Shown here: one piece after another, positions 53,006 through 64,000 of the stretch
Numbering within the stretch: position 1 is the first letter of the stretch
Layout: each line of letters opens with the position of its first letter
Assembly: GCA_951406725.2 (NCBI GenBank)
Contig: OX597820.1
Coordinates: 43,152,001 to 43,216,000, forward strand
Length of the DNA: 64,000 nucleotides
From: Octopus vulgaris
Lineage: Eukaryota
Reading direction: 5' to 3'
Notes under the pieces: generated by a model
What the model saw: only the letters and a program-made list of their open reading frames with translations
The model's database searches: none
What the model was told of the DNA's origin: nothing
Made by a program: the position numbers and the translations under genes

Positions 53006-55959
53006 ACTACGCCTTTGAAGTTTATCGAACGTGATATTCTAGGTACAATCCCAGAGACATTTTTATCATAGAAATGTAATAAATTTGCAGCTTATAAAAG
53101 TAGAACTTACTCCAGACAAATAAAATAATTTAGGCTCGAAATAAATCTGACGGTAGTGCTTGTGTATACACGTACTACAATGGTATGTTATGTGGTAGGC
53201 AGCATAATATTGATATTGTAATTGTGTATATAACATTTAGTTTATCTGCTTTTTATTAGCAAACACGTTTCGTGTTTTGTTTTCATCTACATCGTGAATT
53301 ACAGTAGAGCGTATTCTTTCTGTAGGCTATTCAGGCTTTTGACCGGGGCTGTATGCTGATAAGCTATGAACAAAATTCACACAGCATATTATCTCTGTAT
53401 AATTATTTCTGCAGATAGAAGCTACTTTGAAATATAATTTGCCCTGTCCTGGCAATGACCGCTCTCTCAAAGAAGGTGATGATGAAGAAATAAAATGTTC
53501 AAAGAGGCGTCACAAATGACTTCTAATTGTAATTCTCTGAAGTTATGTGTGGCTACCCATTATATCGACCCAAAACCGACACACACTATATGAAAAATAA
53601 TTTGCCATATGATAAAATCGATTGACTATAGCAAAGAATCCTTGCATCAGTAAAAGTATACAATGCTTATGTGTATATTGAAATAAGTTCATCAGTTACG
53701 GCTTTAAGCTTTTTGTATAGAAATGGCGAGGAAGAATTGCGATAAATTTACACCTGAGATGTAGAATACAGGAGAAAGGAACAAGAGAAATTATTGAATT
53801 AATGTGTCTAAATGTTGCATAGATACTATGCCTTGCTATATTAATAACGTGTTAGAGGTGGAGGCACTTTAGCGGTCTTAGAGATTCTACATTCATTCCA
53901 AATGCCCCAACTTCAGCAGTTAATTATTAATTGTTGAAAGGAAAAGCGTGGACAGAAATCATAAAACTACTGTCATTCGATTGTTCACAACAAATCACGT
54001 GGATAAACCTGATTGACGTATACTGAAGTGTAATTCATGATATAGATTAAAAAACAAAATATGGAATTTATTTTCTAATAAATAAGCGGATAACCTGAAC
54101 GCAATACATATAATATATGTATCAACGTTATCAGTGCTTAGCACTTCATATACTCTGTATTAACTATACCTTAGCAACACCGTCAGTTATATTTCAGCCA
54201 CAATATTTTTAGTAATCTGGAGTAAGCTCCACATTTATATACTGCTACTCTATTTTCTATATGTTTTCATTTTGCATTGGATATATGTCGAAAGATTGTG
54301 CCCATTTTCGCTGAAGAGTAATATCAGAAGCTCTAAGCAAATCATTCGAATAATTTGACCAAAAGTAAATGAACAAAGATTTTCTTCGAAATATTGAAAT
54401 ATGGTGGTTGGTTTTGGTACACAAATTTGGAAGGTCTGGCCATTGTTTGGGTCCGAAATGCCAAACGTTACAAAGCAGCATAACGATTACTGGGGTCAAT
54501 AAATGAATCAGAGTCGTATGACACATGAAGCACAGATGTGAATCTCACTTTTCTAAATATCAAAGTCGTGGTCTTTTCTTTTCAAATTTTAGATCTTAGA
54601 TCATTGACTGGAGTCTCCTAACAATAACGATGACCAACTGAAGCAGTGTTTGGCCATTAATTTGAGATTTTTCTGTCTCCGAAATGTAATATTCTTAATT
54701 TTGTAATCAATGTTGTCTGTATCAAATACATGTTATTTCTTTTAGAAACACTATACATTTCCAAACTCTGACAAGAAACAGACGTAATTGCTCATTCATG
54801 AGTCATGAATATTATAATCAAAATCTATGACAATCATTCCCAATAAAACAGCCGAGAGCAATTCCTCCCTCTTTTTCTACTTGAATCTCTCCGGTCAGGT
54901 AATGTTTTGCTGGTGACTATTTACATATATATTCTCTATTGTTCTGATTACTAGTAGCTACATAGGCAGGGCTTAGATGTCCAATATTTGTATTACACTA
55001 TTATTATTTAGGTCAATTATAGCGGTAATATTACTATCAAACTTCCTAAAATTCACACCATTATTTATATCACCACATTCATTGCTCCTGCGAAATAATT
55101 TTTTCCATTCGCGCTTTACCGCTTCGATTTTCAACATCATCGGGCAATTTCCACTTTTGCAAAGTAAGTTGTTACTGTCCATGTAGCTAGATATTTTTTT
55201 GTTGTTGCTGTTGATAGTTAATGTTTGTTCATAACGAGAAGAGTATGAGTTGAATTGGTTCCTTTGGTTCCGGTATTGGTGCACTGTTGTCCAGTAGGAT
55301 TTGCGAATATCTATAACGGTAGAAGAAAAGGAAAACAACCTCTTCGTCCATTCGTTGTCTTGTTTTCTTTAGATATCTTTGCGTTACTATATCCTGAGAT
55401 ATATCAGTATAGCCTTTACGAATTTGACACTTTATCCTCGTAAAGGATATGCCTTTAAATAACAATAACAATGATAATAATAATTCCTTCAGTTTCCACC
55501 TACTAAATCCTCTCACGATACTTGGGTAGACCCTAGGGTACAGCAGAAAGCACTTCCCCAGGGTGCCACAATGTGGGACTGGACCCGGAACTGCGATGTT
55601 GGGGAGTAAACTTCTTACAAGACAGCCAGTGATCTACAAACAGGACCATTCACGTTTCAAAGCAACTATGGCAGAAATATTTTACTTTATTTCTTCCGTC
55701 TCTTTACGTTCTGACTGTAATTCCGTCGAAGTCAACTTTCACTTGCGTCACTCCATTGTCGGTAAAATAAAGTAGTAACCGAGTAATTGTGCTAATAAGA
55801 TCATCTAAATTCTAAGCTTTAAAATTTGCTAGCCTGATGCATAAATTCAAATTCATGGTACTTTACTTTTTCTCTTTTAAATCTTTCTTCATTCTCATTA
55901 TTGCAAGCATATTCAACATCACCATCATTAATTTCAATAACATCATCATTATTGATGCA

Positions 55960-56116
55960 AATGTGTGGCTGTGTGGTAAGAAGCTTACTTCCCAAATACT
56001 TGGCTTTGGATTTAGCACCGTTGTGTCTTCTGTTTTAGCCTCGAGCCGACCAAAGCCTTGTGAGTGAATTTGGTAGACGGAAACTGAAAGAAGCGTATAC
56101 ATACATACATACATAC

Positions 56117-56155
<39 letters not shown>

Positions 56156-56672
56156 ATAAATAAAACATATGCATATATACATACATATATGTACGTACCT
56201 ACCTCTACATGTATATATACATGCATATATGGGTACAGGACACCAAAAAAACGTCGAACACAATGAGAAACGAAGACATAAACACAAAACCAAGGAACTG
56301 GACATTTTTCTTAAACAACGAAGAAATAGAGTACAGGACAAATAACACAAGGAAAATTCCCCTTCTTCAGTCGCCATGGTTTCATCTACTCTGCGTTTCG
56401 AAGGTGAGGCGATACGCATCTTCGATAGAAACTTTCCTTCATACATGTATGTATATGTGTGTGTGTACGTCAGCGAGTGTGTATGCGTGTGTGTGTGTAT
56501 TTCACTTATTCCCCATCCACCACTTGACAACCGGTGTAGATGTTTTTATATCCACGAAACCGAAGTGTTCGGCAAACCGGACTCCAACAAAATAAGTACC
56601 GGTGTCGATTGGTTCTACTAAAATCTTTCCAGGCCTCAGTCTAATGACTGATACAAGTAAAAGAATAAAAAG
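55960..56672 (+). mobile_element. tRNA-type SINE interrupted by a (TA)n-targeting element
   Basis: Head TGGCTGTGTGGTAAGAAGCTT...GGTAGACGGAAACTGAAAGAAGC (to ~56095) and tail ...TCTAATGACTGATACAAGTAAAAG (56440-56672). Confidence 0.78.
56100..56440 (-). mobile_element. (TA)n-embedded repeat, same family as 27030-27435
   Basis: Reverse-complement match to 27108-27420. Confidence 0.78.
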
Positions 56673-56920
56673 AAAAATGTAAGTATAACGACTACATTCA
56701 CTAGCATCTTTAACATAATCGCCATTATCATCATAATTATTTTCACCCATATATCATTAAATAATTCATCCTCTACATTTATTTTTTCCTATCCACTTAT
56801 TCTGTGCGTCATGCACACTAAGAAACATACGCATTTTATTTTATTCCATTTTATCATATATATGCGCGTGTGTGTTTCTGTGTGTATGTGTGTGTGCGTG
56901 TGTAAATATATATATATGCC

Positions 56921-56955
<35 letters not shown>

Positions 56956-56956
56956 T

Positions 56957-57025
<69 letters not shown>

Positions 57026-57799
57026 GCATACATATATATATACATGCACATACATATATATATAAACACACACATATATATTCTACACGAATTGATTTAT
57101 CTACTTTTCATCGTTATCGTTGTATACACGTTTTTCTTCTTTCTTTCTCGGCGACTCCTACTTATTCCTTTCCATCTTCTTTTGCATATCTTTTATTTTT
57201 CTTTCTTTATCAAGATCTAAATTGACGTTGTCACACATATCTTTTCTACCCACCCAGCTTCAATGAAACCAGTACCATATTCCAACCGCTTTGCAATATT
57301 CGTGCCTCAATGTTTTTGTTTTTCTTATTCTCCTTTCTGTCGCCATAACTTGAACTTTTCTTCCTGCTTTTTGTTTTTGCTGTATCGTAGAATTTTCGTT
57401 CTCTTTCTTTTTTCTTTTCTATGCTCTATCGTAGTTTCCTATGGCTCACTCCCTTTTTAATGCTACTTGTTTATTCCAAAACATTCACCCACCCAACCAT
57501 CACGAGACGTGAGATCCCTACTCTGTTTTCAATTATACAACACATTAATCTCGCCTTAATCCAGCTACAGACCAATGCGCCAAATCTGCCAATTCACTGT
57601 ATCAGTAAACAACAAATCGAATTGAAGAACAGTGAGACGCGAGAAAAGCGGTTCTGCACACGCGATTTTTACATTAATGAAATTTGACCTGCCTGGCTAT
57701 TATCTTGAAGAACCTTGTCCTCTTCCAATTCCTCTACGACTATCACTGGCAACACAGTTCTTGCAAATGCTACCGTTGCCAGCTCCACAACCATTTTAT

Positions 57800-58259
<460 letters not shown>

Positions 58260-60788
58260 CTGCCCCTCAACAAGCGAAAGTGAGAGGCTCTACACTATCC
58301 CTTTACTGACATTTTCAACAATCGTGACCTATCATTTTAAAAAAAGGGACACATTAGATAATACAATAATATATAAAAGCCGTCGAAATGGTCGCAGTAG
58401 GAATATATATAATCATATTACTGCTCAATTAGCCATGGCATACATCTCTACAACAACGTCAGTCACTGTAGCTGAAGGCATTGGTCGAAGTGTCTGCTAG
58501 AGAGAACTACCAAATCAATCTCAAAAATCTACCAGACATCGTGCAATGTAGTCCTATATAGTAAGAAAAGCACGTGATAGCCAAGTCTGTAACTCAACAA
58601 TGAAGCCTTTAATTAGTGAAAGAACCAACACCAGCAGCAACATCAGGTGCAGTAGTCACAATAACAAAATACTATCAAGGGCAACAGAACCACATCCTGA
58701 GAACACGTTTAACAGATCGCTAATACACATCATATTGTTTTCTCTATAATACACAAATACACAGACACACGTACGTAGACATAGATTTATACTTAGCTCA
58801 TCAGTATACATTCAGTATTTTCCCCACAGAAAGTCTCTACATCTTTATTTGGGTATTAGATATGTATATTTGTGTATGTGTATGTGTGTACATGTTTATG
58901 TGGCTGCGCACGAAATTTTGCCTGTACAACCTTAAATCATATAAGGCTTGATACGAATATATAATCTTTTAACTAAGATGTTATACAACATTTTGGCGCC
59001 ATTGTGTAACTGTAACCATATGATCAATGTTGTTGACATGTTCCACCTGTTGTGCTATTGTTCTGTTTTCCGCTAGAAACCCCTGTAGGGATGAGGTGAA
59101 AATATTTAATGATGGTATTTTTGTTCAAAGTTACGTCTCTTCATTGACCAAGTTCCTGATTTTCCCATGAAATATTTCATTCGTCTATCAAATTCTCTCT
59201 CATGTCAATTCATCTTAAATTTTAACATCAAATCTCGGGGTTTTCTTGTATTTTAAATACGCGGTAACCACGCTGTTTTTCCGAATTAAGATTAGAGAGG
59301 GTAACATCCGCGTTTATATCAGTAGGATATTGTACAAATATTCGTGTGTATAAAGGCTTTTCCACGTTTGTGAGCTATGATGGCGTTTAAATCATACCGT
59401 CTACCTTTCATATCTCTCGCAGTTATACGCAAATTTGTTTCACTTATAAATTTGTTTCACTTTTAATGTAAAAAACTTTTGCATGACCGTAAATTAGCGG
59501 CTTTAAATATTCTCTAAATTTAAATTTAATGACGATAGATTTCTGAAGCTAACTAATAATCTCATGAAGATACATTATGAACGCCTCTACTGAACTTAAA
59601 CTCTCTAAAACGGCGGTAAATCAAAATGAGACTGTGCTCTCTCATATGGTACAGAGTTGCAGATACGCATATAAAAATTATAAACTGCATGCAAGAGAAA
59701 ATAACCAGCTGGTTTTCATGGAAGTACTGTACATTTTAATGTGACAATTTAGCCCCATATTAATGGCTTCTACATTTTGAAAATAGCTGGTTGCAGATTA
59801 CAAAACCTCTTTTAGCCTCTACACACGTGTTTACCCCTCTCCTATCACACTTACAGCATTTCCTACCCATATCTGCATTATCCGGTATACTGAAATCTTC
59901 TGTCGCAATGCTTTAGATCACTGCTACTGACACTGAGCAATATTGTTTTGTTTTTTTTCTTTTTCTGGGAGATATCGACGTGTTGTTCAGAATAACTGAA
60001 GACCGAATCATTTGAAAATGTTATGAGATTAGTTGATTTCATTGGTACTCCAGCACAACAATATATTACAAGTTTTCCTGTCATCATTTATGTCTGATTT
60101 GTACAGGATATTCCTTTTCCTTTTTTACTCTGTAAAAATAAACAAAAGAATTAACGGCCCCTTCATTCTTGATCTCTGAGCTAAATTTTCTTCCAGTAAG
60201 GTTACACAATTCTATAATTGTTTCATTATCTTATATTAACATTCTGCGTTAAAAAAATATTGTATTGGTTATCTCATTTGTTTACAACTTGTAATTGGTA
60301 ACCCATTGCGTATTATTTCATCAGATGCATTAACAGCGATTTGGTTCGTATCTGCAATATCATATACCAATATAATATACCGGTTTACGCAGCTATAAGT
60401 AGGGAGACATAACCAAGAACTGAATGCGCAAGACTCATGCATAGTTAATGGCGTTTAACAAGCTTATAATGTTGAAAACTAGTACTCTGTTCAATTCAGG
60501 TTTGTTAGTAGTGATGTATACACAAACACCTTACACGGTCTAAAAGTATTTTAGTAGCTGTTGCAAAATTCAATACTACTTGAACGCCATAGCATATGAA
60601 GAACCCCTTAATTCGTGTACATACAAAACAGTGAATATAAACATTATATAAATTTCAACTAACCAGATTCATACCACATCATGAAAATCAAAATTCATAA
60701 ATAAATAGGGAAATGTGGATTATGAATTTATTCACCTAAGTAGATTTTCATCTTCAAATTAAATAAAATCAGCTGTAAAAATGTATAT

Positions 60789-60955
60789 ATACATACATAC
60801 TTTCATACATACATGCATGCATGCATGCATACATACATACATACATGAATACATACATACATACATACATACATACATACATACATACATGAATACATAC
60901 ATACATACATACATACATACATACATACATACATACATACATACAAACATACATA
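60789..60955. repeat. (ATAC)n microsatellite
   Basis: Directly visible. Confidence 0.95.
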
Positions 60956-61261
60956 TATACGTAGATCGTGTGTACTGTGGTTGTCATGTACTGCAACAGA
61001 AAAACTCATTTCTAGACCAAATAATTTTATGGATTAAATTTTAAAATCGTAAAAAGAGTCGAATGGAATAAAGAAACCTAATTAATAACTTTTTATCTTA
61101 AGCGTTACTAGGAAATTAAAGTTTCTAGTCTTAGGCAACCATATATAGCGACATTTCATTCTTGTTAAAATGTATTTCTTTGCGTAGATACACATTCCCA
61201 CACACATACACACATACACATATATATGTGCGTCTGCGTATGTATGCATATGTATGTGTAC

Positions 61262-61309
<48 letters not shown>

Positions 61310-61311
<2 letters not shown>

Positions 61312-61765
61312 TGGGTTGTCCGGAAAGTTCATGCCGATTTTTAAAGTATATACTTGCCATTACATTTTCCTCAACCAAATATGAAAGATTTTGTTGCACA
61401 ATGTGTCTTCATCTTTCCTGTAACTTGAAAATACCCTCTTCCCAGAATTGAGGTGGTTTCATGGCAAAGAATTCATCAAGGTATCATTTTACGTCATCGA
61501 AGGAATTGAAGTCTTTACCATTCAGACTATTCTGCAAAGACCTGAATAAGTGGAAATCCGAAGGAGAAATATCTGGTGAATATGGAGGGTGGGGTAGCAC
61601 ATCCCAGCTGAGCTGCAACAATTTTTGTCTGGTTTCCAAAACATCAAGTGCCGAAAATGAACTTTCTTATCTTCCATTTTAAAGGGTTACAAAATTAACA
61701 CAGGTTATAGGAACATAAACCTTCTTCCACGAAAAGATAGCTTAAACTGTGCTGTAAATGGATTC
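61310..61765 (-). mobile_element. mariner (D34D) 3' relic
   Basis: Minus strand: TRQKLLQLSWDVLPHPPYSPDISPSDFHLFRSLQNSLNGK.F...[53 protein letters not shown]. Confidence 0.9.
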
Positions 61766-63426
61766 ATTAATACTTTATATATCTATGTGTGTATGTGTGC
61801 GTGCGTTTGTGTGTGTGTACGTGTGTGCGTACACGTCTGTGTGTGTGTGTGTCTGTGTCTATGTCTGTGTGTGTATAAATGTCTGTCTGTCTGTCTGTGT
61901 AGTTCAACAGCCCTGCCTAGACAATGAATTGCAAGCTCTAAAATACCAGTCTGAGAAGCGCTTTGAAACGAGAAACTCACAACAGAGTCACGATCTGTAA
62001 GCACCTAATAATTTATAAACATCGAATTATTAAATTAGAAAACTTAATTGAAAAACCATGCCTATTAATTTTCCAAAATGTTTCATACAATACCAAGGAT
62101 TTTCTATTTCTAATTCTGTAATAATTATGTATATATGTATATAAGTATGTATGTATGTATGTATGCATGATGTATGTGTGTATGTATGTATGTATGTATG
62201 CATATATATATGTATAGTTTGCTAAAGACATTTGATTTATATATATAACATATATTTGTTAAATAACTGAACAGCTCTTACATAGCAAGTGAGCAATTTT
62301 AAATAGAATGTGCGCACAAGTTTTCGATAACTATCTTTATAACTTTATGTTGTGAACCCGCCTTCAGCTCCGATGGCCGGACAACTTCAAGGCCGGACAG
62401 GGATTTTTGATATGCCCGAAAAAAAACATTCCTTATTCATTACAGATTTATTTCGGTGAGCAGTGATATACAGTGAAGCTATGGTATTCCGAGTATGCCG
62501 ATTAGCCTTGCTTTCATCAACGCCACAAGCAGTGTAGTCTATAAGAAGTAAATCTGGCAAGTTTGAAAGTCACGCATTTGATGTTACATGATCTAAAACA
62601 TTTTCGGATATCCATCATTGGGATATGTTGTTTTTGGGAGAGTGTGCTGAGTCTTGCTGAAACACGTATGGCCTTCCACTCTCTATCCAGGGATTAACAA
62701 TTGTCTCCGGTTCCTCCCCTTATCCAGAAGCATTAATTCTAAATTACCGTGGAAACATGCCATTCGTTACTTACCACTTCTAAAACAGAATTCTTGGAAC
62801 ATAAGTGTACATCACTCTGGAGGCATCTGAAAGATCTACAGAAAATTATTTATAGTTACTTCTTTTAAAATGTTGGTCTCCTCCGCAGTTTTCTTATAAG
62901 GGAATATCCAAAGCTTACCATATTTCTAAGGGTTTTTAAATTGGTTACATCGCAGTTTTGCACAGATTAAAAGCTTTCTTCTGTCATTGCAGGTACAAAT
63001 TACACCGTGTCGTCAATGTTTTAGTGCATCACAATTCTGACAGCCAATTCCTGCACTTGAAGATTCTTGGCGATGAAAAGCATCGTTTTCCGAGATCACA
63101 ATCAATAATGTTTACAATCCATTGGACCTAATATAGTGTCTGCAAGATTAAAAAGTTTTATTCTTTGTAATACAATTGAAAATTTTCTACCAAAGGCTTT
63201 CAATTCCTTCCGCAATCTGTTTACAAAGAACTTGCACCATTTAGAAAGTTGGTAATATATAAATCAGTATGACAACAATAATAACGCATCCCTTCAATTC
63301 TTATGCTAGCTTTTTATCTTCCATGGTTTATCGGAAAGAAAAAATATTTTAATTCGTTTAGAAAGAGTAATATACAGATAATTGAAAGTCCTCAAGTATC
63401 CGTTGTACTCGGTATACACCCACACG

Positions 63427-63468
<42 letters not shown>

Positions 63469-64000
63469 TATATGTAATAGGTGGTCATGACTTGGATAAC
63501 ATTATTTGTTCAGCGCTTTCACATCTTTTGAATGATTCATCAATGACATATTTATCAACACATGAGGAATCCTTACAGAAAAATTAGTCTCCCAGATGAA
63601 CTAAATCCAATTACCACTGAAGAGTATACTTTATAAGGTTCCCATTACAGTTAGTAATATAGGTGGAAAAACTCACTTATGCAATCAACACCCATCACAC
63701 ACACACTCTAAAAAAATGCATGTTTAAACAGACACGCACACACACACACACACATTTAAACACCATTAACATGTGAAATGAGTATATCCAAGTGTTACAC
63801 CGCTACATTTAGCGGCAATTTAAAGAATCAGTTCGTGGATGGTTAATGGTATGGTTAATGAAGAAGGAGCAAGAACTCTTAAAATACGTATGTACCCACA
63901 TTACCTATTTTTTCCACTTTCGATTGCTTTCTTTTATTATTTTATTATTTTACTTGTTTCAGTCATTGGATTGCGGGCATGCTGGAACACCGCATTCATT

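Noticed and set aside
54973-55450. 121-aa and 95-aa overlapping minus-strand ORFs
   Set aside because: No recognisable domain and the frames do not join; cannot support a CDS.
62919-63050. PR/SET-like NWL..L.C...NL reading
   Set aside because: Multiple stops and too few conserved residues.

Overview
AT-rich, microsatellite-saturated eukaryotic DNA. The SINE families and repeat landscape suggest a coleoid cephalopod, probably Octopus (inference). I found no intact protein-coding gene; almost all ORFs in the supplied track are translated microsatellites. The window is mostly decayed mobile elements: R4/Dong-like RLE retrotransposon 3' ends sitting in (TAA)n tracts, four mariner relics plus mariner MITEs, a pogo/Tigger deletion derivative, a FLYWCH/MULE relic, Penelope-like (GIY-YIG) 3' ends, Nin/Deu-domain and other tRNA-type SINEs, and an ORF1-only L1/Tx1-like element with a TSD. 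The most notable observations are: (1) a ~1.2 kb decayed coding-like stretch fused to the 5' end of an R4-like element, whose translation aligns by eye to the orthomyxovirus PA cap-snatching endonuclease motif (candidate endogenous negative-strand RNA virus); (2) several hammerhead-ribozyme-like motifs in Penelope-like ends; (3) young fold-back inverted duplications anchored on (TA)n; (4) an array of different RLE retroelements stacked in one (TTA)n tract. All translations and alignments were done by eye, and many boundaries are approximate.
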